In this document: positions 38,903 through 53,631 of the stretch, piece by piece
Layout of the letters: each line of letters opens with the position of its first letter
Numbering within the stretch: position 1 is the stretch's first letter
NCBI GenBank assembly: GCA_050084985.1
Contig: JBITNC010000001.1
Coordinates: 86,118,001-86,182,000, forward strand
Reading direction: 5' to 3'
Origin: Nageia nagi
Lineage: Eukaryota; Plantae; Pinophyta
DNA: 64,000 nt
Translations under genes and position numbers: made by a program
Notes under the pieces: model-generated
Seen by the model: the letters and a program-made list of their open reading frames with translations, nothing else
What the model was told of the DNA's origin: nothing
The model's database searches: none

Positions 38903-39017
38903 TTTTTTTTAGTCTAACCTAAGAATTCATACACCTCAGTAGGTTGAAACACGAGAACTAACCAATCTACCATCATCAAGCCTAAGGCCCCACCACTACG
39001 CCATCCCCACTAGGACT
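38903..39017 (-). mobile_element. Short tRNA-derived SINE-like insertion in copia leader
   Basis: Minus strand A box TGGCGTAGTGG, degenerate B box GTGTTTCAACC, A-tail, A-rich flanks on both sides. Confidence 0.5.
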
Positions 39018-40120
39018 ATAATTTTTTTTTTTAATAAATGGGGAGTTATTTTAAAAGGAAACATTTTATTTGAACAAAAAGCTATAAATTTTAAATATTT
39101 TATGGAAACTTTTTTTCAAAAAGGGGGAGAATATTTTCTAAAAAGGGAATTACTTTTGAGTGAAGTTTTTTTTAAATAAATAAGTCAAGTTTTTTTTTTT
39201 TTTTTTTAACTCTATAATTGGAGTTATTTATTTAATGGGGAGTTAATTTCAAAGAAAAATTAAGCCTTTTTTTTCTGGAAACTCTTTATGGGAGAAGTTT
39301 TTTTTTTTTTTTTAAACCTTTCTAAGGGAGATAATTTTTAAGTACCTTATCCTTTTAAAAATAAAGGGGGTGGGGCAATTATTATAGAGGGGAAATTTTT
39401 TCTCTCTCCTTTAAGCAAGCTATTTTTTTTTGAAGGAAGGGAGCATTTTTTTGATAAGTTTAAATTTTAAAGTAAAAGGGGGACTCCTTGTTTTAATTGT
39501 TGTTACTTAAAATTAATGAACACATGTATTTTTTTGTAAAGAGATCCTCTTAGGGTTGTGATAAAACCTATTGGACACTCTTAGGTTTCAAATTGGATGA
39601 TGTAACATTTTTTTCATGCACTTTATATTAAAGCATTTTGATTTTATTTTTTGCAAAAAAATTGCAAATATTGGAAGTGAAGCCCCTAAAATGAATACAT
39701 CCACATATTTATTCCGTAACATAACTTGTTTGGGGAGCCACAAGAGGAGGATAAGGTATATGGTATCCTTTAGTTCGTTGATTCAAATGATGTAAAATTT
39801 GTACTTTTTAATTACTCCTAAGTCCTATGTTGGTCTAGACATAAATCCATATAGATGGATAGACATGTGTGTAGTGATACCATATGTACATTCAAGGATT
39901 ATCTTCATAACCTAGGGGGATAACTTGAAACCTAAACAAGATAAAAAAAAAAATTCGATGAAGGCCTAATTTTAAATAAGAAAACAACCTCAACTCTACC
40001 CTCACATCATCAAATGTTACTTGGTTATGCCAAAATGTTAGATGTATAGGATAAATGAATTCATGAGATTAAAACTATTTGCACATGTGAAATTGGTTAA
40101 CAATTTAAGCATGCCTTGTT

Positions 40121-40210
40121 CAAATTCAACATGTATGATTGATTTGAACAAATTCAACATGTACGATTGATTAAATTGAACAAACTCAACATGTATGGTT
40201 GTTTAATTTG
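40121..40210. repeat. ~30-bp tandem repeat x3 upstream of copia gag
   Basis: CAAATTCAACATGTAYGATTG units. Confidence 0.8.
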
Positions 40211-40264
40211 GTTAAAATATTTAACATAACTACATTGGTTAATACTTTCACCTTTTTGTAGCAA

Positions 40265-43200
40265 ATGGGAGATTCCTTTTCACCCAAGCACATCTTAGAT
40301 GCATCCAACTATGACATTTGGGAACATAACATGAAAGTAGAGCTACAAGCACAAAAATTATGGTAAATGGTAAATAAAAATCAATTTGCTCCAATAGATG
40401 AGAAGGTAGTTGAAGCTTACAACACAAACAATGAGTTGAAAACCTTTATAATCTTTTGTGTAATTTTATATGAAGTCCTTCTTATGATCTCTTTTTCAAA
40501 GTTTACAAAGGAAGGTTGGGATAGGTTGAAGAAAATCTACCTTGGCACCGAATTCTCTAAGAGGTTCACTATTATCCAAAAATTGTTATAATCATGTAAA
40601 GAGGGAAATAAAAGTGTTGTAATACACTTGAACAAGATTATTGATCTTAGGACCCAACTTGTGAGGTGTGGCTACAACTGGATCAATGATGAGTTTATGG
40701 TGTTCATCATCCTTCAAAGCCTCTCTACTAAATTCAGTGACTTTATGACAGTCATTGAGATGAGGTTTAGTGATGAAGAAGTGTATTCCTTAGAAAATAT
40801 TTCAAGCCTTCTCCTAAAATATGAAAAAATTAACTCTCAACAAAAATTTGTTGGTATCCACTCTTAAAGAGTATCATGTGGCACTAGGACCAATGAAGAC
40901 TCACTTCAAAAAGAAGTCCAAAAACCAAAAGAAATCTTTCCATCCTATGAAAAAGGACTTCAAGAAAGGTGGAAACAAATAATAGAATGACCATGATAAG
41001 TCTAGAAAATCTAAATCTAAAGCCAAATTTGATATTAATTATAATTTATATGGCATCTTTAGTCATAAGAAATCAGCTTACTACAAGAAAAAGAAAGAAC
41101 AAGGTGGTAAAGGAATTAGAAAATTAAACAACTTCATAGGTAAGAAGAAGAATAATAGAACTACTTTTATTTGTGATAGTTACTCTAGCTCTCATACTTT
41201 CTCAAATGATTGGATTGTTGACTCGATGCATAAATCACATGTGTTTTGAAAAGAATAAGTTTGAAAATTTTCATAAGTATAGAAAGGTTGCAGTTGTGAT
41301 AGGTGATAATTCAATCCTTGAAGTCAAAGGTATTAGGAGTGTGTTGTTGCATGAAAAGGTTTTTGAAAATATGCTCTATGTGCCTAAACTTAGTATGAAT
41401 CTTCTTTTCGTAATTCAAATTGCAAGGAAGGATACTCATTCGAGTTCAACTCACACTCCTAGTGCATTAAGAAGGGAATTACCACTTTGGTGAAAGGATC
41501 AGTGAAAGATGATCTCTACATTATAGATTAAGTACCAACAAAGATGTGCCTTGCTACAAATATTTGCTCTAAGGAAAATATTTGGCATCATCAATTAGGA
41601 CACCTTAACCATAAAAGCATTCAAATTATGAAAAAAAAAGAACTTATGGAAGATTTATCTTCAATATCACCTGCAATTGGTCTTTGTGAGAATTGCATCT
41701 TAAGCAAGATGAATAGGCAAAAAAGGTATAAATATAAGGTAAAAAGGGAAACACAACCTTTTCAACTTGTGCATTTAGATTTGATGGATCCATTTTAGAC
41801 GAAGTCACTTGGAGGAGCATTTTATTTCTTGACCTTCATCAACAACTTTAGTAGGATGACATTTCATTTTATACTCAAGCATAAGGATCAAACCTTTAAT
41901 AGGTTCAAAGATTTCAAAGCCTTAGTTGAAAATCATACTAATTTCAAAATTAATATGCTGAGATCTAATAATAGAGTGAATATAATAGCAATGAGTTCAA
42001 TGACTATTGTTCCAAATAGGATCATAAGGTAGTTCATGATCCCTTATACCCCTTAGTAATATGGTATTATCAAAAGAAATAATATAACCATTTAGGAAAT
42101 GGATAGGTGTATGTTGGGAAATATCCCTAGTTTCTTCTAGGGTGAAGTTGTGAGCACTATGATCTACACCCTAAATAGGTACCTTATAAAAGCAATTGAA
42201 GGTAAAACCTTATATGAGGCATGGATATGAAAGAAATCTAACATCACTTATCTTAGGGTTTTTGGTTGTGATGATTATGCCTTCATTATTGCTAAGAAAA
42301 GAAAAAAGTTGGATAATAGATCCAAAAAGTGCATCTTTATAGGCTATGATTTTTAGTATAAAGGTTATAGGCTCTACTCTACTTTCTCCAAAGTAGTGTT
42401 CATATCAAGGGATATAAATTTCAATGAACTTCCTAAAGAATTTGCTTCTTGTGAGGATTTAGATGATCTTGATGACTCTTATATTGCACCTAATTGGATG
42501 GATATCAATGTAGATAAGCCACCTTAAGAGAAAACTACTCCAACATAAAGGATAAGAAGAAGTATGACCTTAAACAAATCTTTATTTTCTAAAATTAATA
42601 GCAAGAATGAGCCCTTATCATTCAAGAAAACTTTGAAACATGACTAATGGATGGAATCCATGAAAGTGGAGTATGAGGATTTGATGAAAAATCAAACTTG
42701 AGACTTGGTTCCCTATCCTAATGAAAGGAATGTAATTGACAGTAAATGGATTTACAAGGTTAAATACAATTTAGTTGTGAAAATTGAAAATTACAAGGAA
42801 AGGTTAGTAGCCAAAGATTTCGCTTAGAAATACAAATTTGATTATGAGAAAACCTTTCCTCCGATGGTAAATATGCCCATAATCATGATTATCCTTTCTC
42901 TTTCAATAGCTCAAGGATGGAAAGTTTATTAACTTGATGTCAAGAGTGCTTTTCTCAATAGTGAATTACATGTGAAAATCTACATGAATCAACCATAAGG
43001 ATTTGTTGTAGAAGAAAAATATTCTCTTGTGTGCAAGCTAAAAAAATCCTTGTATGGACTTAAGTAAGCACCTATAGCTTGGTAAAAAAATATTTCATGA
43101 TACTTTGCAGACATTGGATTCTCTAAGTGCTTCTCCAATTTAGATCTATATGTTCTCAATCAGAAACAAGACTTGGTATTGATTCTTATCTATGTGGATG

Positions 43201-44180
43201 ATATTTTGATCATAGAAAATAATGATAAAATCATCCAAGAATGCATATATAAAGTTAAGGCAACATTTGAAATGATTGATCTTGGTTTCTTTCTCTGCTA
43301 TCTTGGTATGTAAGTGTACCAATACAAGGATTGCACTTACCTTAGTCAATCCAATTATATCTCAGATATATTACAAAAATTTTGAATAAAGGAGTGCAAA
43401 CCTATTGTGATTCCATTATCTCTTGGAATAACTCTAACTTTTAGTTGGTAGATGCTACATCTTACAAGAAACTAATTAGCAGTCTTCTTTATTTAATTAT
43501 CTCTAGGCCAAATATTACCTTTGTAGTAAATCTTATGGCATGGTTTATGTAAAAACTATATGTTGAGCACCTCAATGCTATTAGGAAAATCTTGAGGTAT
43601 GTTATGAGAATAAAGGATCTTGCTCTCAAGTATTCGAAATTGCCCTCATTTGTTCTCTCAAGGTACTCAAATTCTAACTATGGGGGAGATACAGATGATA
43701 GAAAATCAACCTAATTTATTTATATGTTCAACATTGATTTAGATGCTATGTCTTTGACTTCCAAGAAGTAACCTACTATTGCTCTCTCCACCATAAAGGA
43801 AAAATATCAAGCCATGTTATTCGTAGCCCAAGAAGCCATTTTGTTGAGGCATCTTTTGAAATAAATTGGGTATGAGCAAGCTTATCCATATTAGATTTAT
43901 TCAAATAATTAGTCAGATATTACTTTGGTAAAGAACCTTATTTTCCATTAGAGAACAAAACATGTTGAAATCCAAGCATATTTTATCAAGGAGAAGATTC
44001 TGGATGGTATCCTACAATTGTAGTATTGTACATCAATCCTAAACTCCATTGATTTGTCCATCAATCCCCTTCCTAAAGCTCAATTCTGCAAGCTTAGGGA
44101 ATCTATTGGGTTGGTGAAGTTGCCCTCAAGGGGAAGTGAAGGTTGAATTATTACTAAATTCATGTATGTGATGATAAATT
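40265..44180 (+). pseudogene. copia gag-PR-INT-RT-RH polyprotein, heavily mutated
   Basis: DWIVDS..NHM (PR), WHHQLGHLN and LCENC (INT Zn finger), LVHLDL, LDVKSAFLN and YVDDIL (RT), RNase H similar to 99-755. Confidence 0.9.
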
Positions 44181-47100
44181 CATCCCTAGGAGGATTTTTT
44201 GGTTGTATAGTGTTGATCTTGTTATGTACACCTTTGTGGTTAGTTTTCTCCATAAGAATTAGTTGTATATTTTTAAGCATATGATGGCTTTTGCTAGCAC
44301 TATTTTAGTTATCCATATGTGAGGAACTAGTATTTATATTTTTATCACTTTTCCTTTATCCATATGCAAGAAAATCATATGTACTTATGGTCTTTTTTTT
44401 GATGTTGATTAACATATATTCTTTATACAGCAAGTGACTATGAGTATTGGCTTTGCATCTTTGTGATAACTTATAGATCATAATTTATTAGTTTATAAAA
44501 GGCATTACTTGATTCATCTATCTTATATTGATATGATGCATCTAATTGATCTTGTTTATGAGCTAATTGTAGCCTATAGGTTTATTCTTGAGAGTGCAAG
44601 TTACCTAATCTGAGTGGGAAAGCTCATGGAGGCTCATCATGTCAACTTTTTGTTGAATGAATACTTTGTACAATGAAACCAGTTGTAGTTAATGATTTTA
44701 TTGTAAAATATTTATCAAATGGTAAAGTAGTGAGCCTCAATCTAAGGTCTTGGTTATTTCTCAAAGATGTAAATGTTCTCATCTTTGATTGTATCTCTAT
44801 GGAGGATAACTCTCTTTTACTCTCTCTTTCTTCTCTCCTCTTTGTTCTATCCCAATATTGCATTAGGGGGGAGTTTTAAAATGTATAATGCATTATTGTA
44901 AGGTTTATTCATGTAATTCACTTAATACTTAAGCGTATCCTTAGATACCTTAAGTATTTAGTGAATATGATAATATAACTTATCCTACACTCCATCTCGT
45001 GAGCATGCCTCTTGGGTAAAAGGGTGATGCATGAAATGATATTGTAAAATAGGTGATCCAAGGGAGTATTTTAATCTATAAATAGAGGGCTCTCTCCTTG
45101 AGATTACTCACTCAATTTTGTAGCAAATTTATGCTCTAGGATTGTTAGGAGAAATGAGAAAGAGGTCTTATAAGATAGTGTTATTTGAGAATAAGATCTT
45201 AGATTAGTATCTGCACTCTCTTCCATGAGAGGAACCACTTTACATATGGTGCCAAATTTGTGAGATTTGCTATCTTATTTATGATATTGTGATGATGTTT
45301 TAGATATCTTTCAAGTGATCTTGGTAGAATATGAATTTAATCATTTAGGCTTATTTCCTTTAGTCATGACATCAACATGCTTGTTATAATTCCTTGAAAT
45401 GCTCTCAATTACTAGTGAATCTAAATATTTCATGATTAAGTCATGAACTAAATCTTTGTAAGGAATTAACTTTGCATCCTTGGTTTTGTGCACTCCATTA
45501 ACATTATTTGTGATCAATTGAGAATCACCATAGATTTTGATCTTCTTAATTTTCATGAGAAAAATAATAGCCTTAATGCCTCACATAAGAACCTCATCCT
45601 CAACCATTTTATTTATGTATTCACAATTGAGTTTATAATCCATTTGGATTATAGTACCTTGGGAATATATCAATATAAGACCTTCCCTGGATCCTTTAAT
45701 TCACTTAGAACAATCAAAATAAAGAGTCCATATGTCATTTATGTTTAATAAAAAAAGGATATAAACTCATCAAAACATTTCTCATTAAGGGTGGAATGAA
45801 TCATTGCATGGAGCTTCAGTCATAACATCTACTATAACTTGATCCTTAATTTTTTTTTGATGAACAAAAATCATATCAAATTATTGTAATTAAAAATTTA
45901 CTCATGTAGCATCTATATGTTTAATATGAGGTTTGGAAAGAAGTTAGTTTAGAGGATCAACTTGGGAAATCATATAAGTTGTGTTATTTATCATTTAATG
46001 ACTCAATTTTTCTATACTAAATACTATTGCAAAGTAAAACTTTTCTATTAGAGTATACCTTATCTCATAATCTGCTAATGTCTTGTTGATATAGTAGATT
46101 TTTGTCCTCACCTTTTTGGGAAAGAATTACCCCAAAGTGTTTCATTATGGATAAGATATATAATTGAAAAGGACTAGAATAATTAAGAGGTGATTAAAAA
46201 ATAGGATTTAAGAGGTACATTTTTTATGTCTTCAAAAGCATACTATAATTTCTCATCCCAAATGAACTTGACATTCTTCTTGAAAAAATGGAAATTAAAA
46301 GCACTCGTATTAGCATATTAAGCTATGAACCTTTTTATGGCTTGAAATTTTACTTGAAAAATTCTAAGAACTTTAAGGTTCCTTAGAGGAGGCATTTCCA
46401 AAATAGCTTTTGCCATCTTTTAGTCTACTTTTATGTCTCTTATTGAGGTAATGAATCTAATAAGATTTGCACTTAATACTCCAAAGCAATATTTTTTAGG
46501 CTTCAATATGAGCTTAAAATATCTTAATATTTGGAATATGGCCCTAAAATATGAAATAAGATCTTCCTTTTTTCTTTTAATTTGCAAGGATATCATTTAT
46601 ATAAACTTTAAGAAAGTGATGAATGAAGTCATGAAATATAGCTACCATTTATCTTTGGTAAGTTGCTCCTACACTCTTAAGACCAAAGGATATTACCACA
46701 TATAAAAATGTTCCCCAAAGAGTTATAAAGGACTTTTATATTTATATTTATATTCAACATTAATTCTGATATGATTATATCCTAAAATTCTATGCATGAA
46801 GGAGATAATATCATACCCATCTATTGAATCACTAATCATATCTATGTTTGGAAGAATAAATTTATCTTTAATACATGCCTTGTTTATGTCTCTAAAATTT
46901 GTATAGCATCTAATCTCTCCATTGGGCTTCATAATTAGGATAATATTGAACAATAAAAAGGAATAATCAATAATATTGATGAAGCTTATATCAAGATATT
47001 TCTAAATTTCCTCTTTGATCAATAATGCAAAAATCTTAAGGTTCATCTTTCTTACTTTTTGTTGAATAAGATTAGCATCATCATGTACCACCATGTTATG

Positions 47101-47423
47101 CATCAAAACATAAGGATCTAAATCAGGCATGTCATCATTTAACTAAGATAAGAGAACATCAAATTCTAATAACAGATCTTTGTACTAGCTTATCTCTTCT
47201 TCACTTAGCCAACATACAACCTTGATCAAACTTTGATTTTCTTTTGAACTAATATTGATGTTTATTGTCTCTTATTTAATAATGGTCAATTCATCATTCA
47301 ATTGAGGAGGAATTGGTAATACCCCACCCTTATCATAATATGTAATCACTTCATCCTTTGATAACAAACATAGACACCCCTCTCCCTTGTAATTACCTAG
47401 CCCTAATCTTATTTCTAAAGAAA

Positions 47424-47439
47424 ATAGGAAAGGAGCTAG

Positions 47440-47472
<33 letters not shown>

Positions 47473-47490
47473 GATAGGAAAGGAGCTAGT
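47424..47490. repeat. (TA)n microsatellite flanked by a 17-bp direct duplication
   Basis: ATAGGAAAGGAGCTAGT-(AT)n-...-ATAGGAAAGGAGCTAGT. Confidence 0.85.
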
Positions 47491-50364
47491 GTAGCAAGGG
47501 GGACTTGCTATATCTTCATATATATATACTTTTGATATAAAATAAGTATAGGGGTGAAGATATAATTCTTTTTCCTTTTATGAATCGATCTTGAAAACTC
47601 ATAATGGGCTTTAAGTATCTTCAAAATTAAATTTTCACTTTGAAATATGTCAATGTGAATAGGAAGAATAGTTAAATAAGGGGTCAAACTAAATCATGAA
47701 TTTTTTTAGTGTCAATGCCAAAAATAATTTGATTCATGACATTAGAAACTTAGTGCCTTTTTTCCTCTTTTTAACTTTTGATTACTTCTTCTAATATCAA
47801 GACCATATTGCAAAACATAACAACTTCTTTGTCATCTTTATCCAAGTCTTCCTAAGATGTGACAACTATGCCTTTCCTATCATATTTTGAAATGGTTCTA
47901 AAAATTTTAGGCAAATATTTCAAGTCCTTGATCATATTTTCCTAGGCCTTTCCCTAATATTTATAAGTATCCATAATATATTTAGAAATAAAATAAGAAT
48001 AGATATTCATATCTTTGATATTAAAACTTAATTTGGATGTTTTGGCCTTAGATTTATATGGATAAACAATGATATCCTCTTCTTCACTTGATGAATTGTA
48101 TTCATTATAAAAATTTTGATTTATATTTTTTGAACCACACTTTAAGAAATTATTATAGTTCAAGATCTCTTTGATATCTTGGCATGAACATCATTCGTTT
48201 GAGGAGCATGAGGGATCGAAAGATGAAGCATTCTAAGGTTGATAAAGTCATTGAATGACGGGAGGAAACATCCTAAAAATGGTAGTTTTCCATGCTATTC
48301 TAAATGATATCTTACCATATCTACTCTTATTAGCTAGATTCTTCAACTTCATTATGAGGAAAAATATTTGACTAAGCCCTTCCATACAATCCAAATGGAA
48401 GTTCATATGCTTGGATGATACATGCCTAATATCCATGCTCACTTTTGAAGAGTATATGGAATCACTCCCATTGTGTGGATCCAAGGTCTACCAAGGAGAA
48501 TATTTTAAGGTAATTCTCCTTCCATTATATATTTCTTACAGTCTATGGTATTAGGTCCCATATGGATAGTAAGGTGTATATAACCAACACAATTTTTCTT
48601 CATATTATTAAAACCTTTTATTTTAACCATTTTTATTTTCATTTTGAGAAGCCCTTTATTTTAAAATGGCTTAAGAAAATCATGGAATAAATTTTGAGAC
48701 CTAATTTGGTTTCCACTAAATCTATTTTTGTAGGTACTCCCATTGTCTTTATGTGAAGGTATGAAGAAAGACTCTTTTTTTTTGTCACATCTTGTGATAG
48801 TATTTCTTGATCATAAAACTTTATCATATTGATAACTATTTAAAATAATCAAACATATCTTCACAAATGCATATTTTAGGTTAAAATGAACTTATTTAAC
48901 TTTCAAGGCATCAAATAAATATAATCTATGTCATTAAAAAATCATTAGCAAATCATATAGACTAATTTTGCATTTGTATAATTCAATTGATCTACAACAT
49001 CATAAGAAGAAGATTGAGAGGAAGTAGATTCCACCTCATGTATTTGATCATTAATAGAATTGGGTATACCTTACTTGTGGTGATGTTGTAATCAACTTCT
49101 TTATGTATGATCATATTGACCATAACATTTGCATCATCACTTAGTGCTACCTTTAAAATCTCACCATCAACATACAAAACTTTCCTACTTTCTAACAACT
49201 CATTCAATTTCTTTTTAATATCTAAAAAAATATTAGTATAATGTTATTTTACTTGATAATATCCACAATATGTAGTAGCCTTATTCCAAGAATACTTCTC
49301 TTCATCATCTTTATATTCCTTTCCTTTGACCCATTGAATCAATTCTCTTTTAAGATAATATTCAAATATCTTTCTTGGGTTAATTGAGTGGTGGATATAT
49401 TTTTCATCTTCCTTTTATTCTTTTTGAATCTCTTTAGAACTTCTTTAATCTATATTTACTTTGGTATATTTTTTTAGGATATGATTTCTTTGGATTTGAT
49501 TTTGTATAATTAACATATTTAAATTATCCATATTGAACTAATGCTTTTTCTTTGTCAATCAACTCATTAATCATATCCATAAAAGGGTAATATTTAAAAT
49601 CAATACTAGGATATTTCAAACCAATAAGAATATTTTTTATCTTTACTCAAAATTCTATAAAGGGAAAAACAAAATTTCTAAAATCTTGAAATAATTTTTC
49701 CTAACATTTCATTGGAATCTTGTTTACAATTCATTAGGTCCATCAAACTAAGAGGCATTTGGATATTAAATTTGAAATTATTTCTAAACAAGGTCTTTAG
49801 CTAGACATACAACATAATGGAATCAACTTATAATCTATGAAACCATATTCATACCTATCCCACTATACTAAGTGAAAAATATTTTCCTTTCATATTTTCA
49901 TTGATACCACATGTGGTATATCACACCTTAGCTCTATGGTAAACTCAAAGCATGGAATATGGGAATTAGGATCTCCATCTTCATTGAACTTCTATAAGTT
50001 AGGATTAAATTAAGTACCTATCAAAATAATATTTCTAATCTCATTAGTACTTAAGGGATTCACTCTTTCTTGAATAGTGGGTATCCTATCTTTTGATATG
50101 ACCTAACTCAAAATTTTAATCTAAAACTACATTTTCTCAACATGCTATTATGAACTTGTATTCCTTCACTTAACTCCATTTTGGGGGGCCAGTTCTCTAG
50201 CACTAGTGTTGAGTTATGATTTGACCAAGTTTGGGGATGTGATCCATTTCTATCACACTTAGATAAAAATATAAAATTCTTCTAAAAATCTTAAAGGTTT
50301 TTTAGCTCACAAAGAATGCCTTGAAATAAAGTATTTACATAAGTAAGCATTGGGTTCACCAATA

Positions 50365-51093
50365 TGTTGATACTAATAATTACTTGAATAAATCCTAAAT
50401 AATATACATCAATATCAAACATGTATTAACTAATTAATAATAACTAAAATAAAGTGAAGGGTTTAATTTATATATTGGATATCAAATCTAACCTACCAAT
50501 ATAAGAGATAGAAATTACTAGAACTATAATCTTACTTGTAAGATTGATTACATACCAAAATATAGGCCAAATAGATCATCAATAAATCCTTTGTATGATC
50601 TTAGCTCAAATAACCTCATAAATATAGTGTTGATATTGAGCATGCATTCTTGCATCCATATTAGATAATAATGATAAAATACTTGCATGAAGCAGTTGAC
50701 CAATGATACTTGCAACATTATATCTATACTACTATACAATTGTGGAATATGTAATGACTAAAAGATTGTATGAAAGATAAAATCTTAATTTATGATATAT
50801 GGGTCTAAGAAACACAAAACAATAGAGTGTATATGACTTATCAAGATCAAGATTCAATTTGATATCTTATGTGTACCCCTCTTCATTAAATATGCAAGCC
50901 TCCACTTGGCCCAAAGTATCTCACTTAGTAGTCCCTTGATTCTTGCACTACAAAATAAGAAAATAACATAAGATAAATGTGCATGCTAGCTTAATAAGAT
51001 AATATATCATAAATAATATCAAAATAAATATCATATATTATCATTTAATTTTAAATAGCTAATAGAAAAGTGTATCTATTTTGAGTGTCAACA
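50365..51093 (-). repeat. 5' LTR of minus-strand Tat element
   Basis: TG..CA ends; followed by PBS TGGTGAACCCAATG (50361-50348). Confidence 0.88.
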
Positions 51094-52756
51094 CCTTTCA
51101 TAATAAAAAAGAATGTCAATCCTAAATAAATATCAAACTTTTACATAGAGAGGGGAGGTCAAGAGAGTATCCTAAGAGAATCTAATGTAAGGTAAAAGCA
51201 TGGGGAGGAAAGGTTGGAAAAACTAATAGAACCACCTCTATTAATCTTTTATCTTTGTGTAAATTTAGAAGATATGTTTAATGTCTTATAGAGAGAAATA
51301 AAAAGGGTAAATTACATTATACATACCAAAATATTAAAAATATTTTTCAATAGGAAGATCATGAAAAATCAAACTCTAGGTAAAAAGGACATGTTTAGGT
51401 TCCAAATAAGAAGCCTAAATGATTTTCAAAAATTTAGTCCAAATGTATTTGGTTGAATAAATTATCCACTACTTGTTTAATTTATCAACCATAAGAAAGT
51501 ATGGAGATAATCATACATAACCAACTTTACCTTTATAATTGAGCAATCAAGTGTCATGATATCATCTCCAACTGTTCCATCAAACTCATTGAGAAAAAAT
51601 ACCAATTTTATGAAGCATATTAATAGGTACATTTTCTTTAATTTCTTAAAAGATTCTTTCATCAAATGTAGCAAAATTGAAAGTATATTAAGATACACCC
51701 ATGAAAGAAAAAAGCAATCTCATGAAAACTAAAAGTATAATTTTTAATATTTATTGACATAGATATACAAAGGAGTAGCTATAGTATAAAAAATTTACAT
51801 CAAGGAGGATAGTGAGCTTTTTTTTATGTCAAATATTTTATTTTCATTTGATATGGATGAAAGTAAGTGGTTATCCATTTTTTTCACTTATTGTAAATTT
51901 GATAGAAATCTTGGAATAATTTGTAGATCTTAGATTCCATACTACTCTTTAATGATGCTTTAGCAATAGTTATCTTGTCTCTAATAATAATAATAGATAA
52001 CATAGAGAAGGATGTGTTGGATATTATAAAATAGTGCATCTGGGCACCTTTATTTTTTCAGTGATTACCTATATTATTACTTTGGGGAACTGCATAATAG
52101 AGTCTTACAACTTATTAGAATAGTTTTCTAACTCACACTTATATTTTCCAATGCCTGCAATTTTTTTTGGACTTTGTTTCTCTTTTGATACCTACAACTT
52201 TTTGAATTTTACTACTTAATTTTGGAGCAATATGGTACTATTTATTTTGTCACACTATTATTCTAGTGTACGTCTTGATTATGATGTATTATTGTATGTG
52301 CTTATTATGTCATAATAATATATGTATTATTGCAACACACTATTATATGTGTGATTCCAATGTAGTGTTGTATGTTGTTTATTTGATGTGTTGATATATT
52401 TTTTGAATCTAACAAAATCTTTTTCTAGGTTCCTATGCATTATCTTATTTTAGGGTTTAACAAACAATGTTGTTGCAGGTACTATTACACTATGATATTA
52501 CATGTTTTAACTAACTATATTTTATAGAGTTCAATGGATAATATTTTATGAAGTTTGGCACATAGTGTTTTAAAAAGTTTGACATATCTTAACTCTTCTA
52601 TTTGGTATCAAAAGGGTATCTCACACTAATTAAGTATTCCTAGTTCTCCTCTTTTACAAGATACTTAGTTTCCTTCAAATGGTATAAGAACATTCAATCC
52701 ATTCACTTGGTATGATAAATCTTCTTAATTATAATAAAATTTAATCCTTAGCTAAG

Positions 52757-53631
52757 TGTAGCCCCTAAATCATGCACTAGAGGGATTAGGGTACATCTCA
52801 TTAAGTAAAATCCCTCGGATCTAGATGCATAAAATCTTTAGATATTTTCTAGAGTTAATATTTATGCTTTGATGGATGATCTTAAAATGTTCTTGTATTC
52901 TTTGATCTTGAATCTTGATAGTCTCCCTAATTTACAAATAGTGATTTACAAGAAAGAAATATAGTAAATATAGAGCTATAAGGTGCAAGATACTTGTCGA
53001 GGATACCTGAATAACACCAAGAAAGTGTGCACTTGATACATAAGTAAAACAATCCTTAAGATATATATCTATATATGGAGGATTGGATTGAATACGGGAT
53101 GAAGCTCGTAAGGATGTTCAATGATCTAGATCTATGCTTGATGTCCTTCATATTTGTAGCTTTGGATCTCAAAGCAGAATAACACACACATCATAGTCAT
53201 AATCCTATAACACCATGCATGATGTGAGTTTAGCAATATTAGGAACAATGAAGATAATAGCATGCAACATAAAGCTCATTTTATAACAAATTCTCAAATG
53301 GGTGGCAACAAGAGATACTATTAGTATAGAATGATGTATGGAAAACCACCTATAAAAGAGATCCATTAGTGAATGTCAACTCAAACCCCTTTTATACCTA
53401 CAAAGACATAAAAGGGAGTGAAAGTCAACATTTAAAAATATAATACAATCTTTGTAATATCAAGACATTTCTATATATAATCATGATTGATGATAAAACA
53501 TTAGAATTAGCATATGATATAATAATTTGATATCATATTAGCCTTAATTTATGTAATATTATTATTTATTCCTTTAAGATTTCTAGAATATGATTTATTA
53601 ATTAATAAGAAATTATTTTTAAGTGTTTACA
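52757..53631 (-). repeat. 3' LTR of an older minus-strand gypsy element (host of the 53896 insertion)
   Basis: Minus strand TGTAAACAC...GGGGCTACA, PPT GAGGGAAAAAA at 53632-53643, TATAAAAGGG near 53390. Confidence 0.6.

Larger units (their letters stand above)
37049..45362 (+). mobile_element. Full-length degenerate Ty1/copia nested in the Tat aRH domain
   Basis: LTRs 37049-~37550 and 44874-45362; PBS TGGTATTAGAACC (iMet-like, 37552); PPT AGGGGGGAG (44865-73); TSD GCCAT/GTCAT; same family as the element at 1-1961. Confidence 0.93.
33726..51093 (-). mobile_element. Full-length degenerate Ty3/gypsy Tat (Ogre/Retand-type PR-RT-RH-aRH-INT) retrotransposon, ~9 kb plus nested copia
   Basis: LTRs 50365-51093 (5') and 33726-34450 (3'); perfect TSD CCTTT (33721-25, 51094-98); PPT AAAAATGGGGGCAAT at 34451-65; RT (NFRDINKAC.KD.F.LPNID) 46723-46953; aRH (KIYGDSQLI) 45341-45556. 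Confidence 0.92.
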
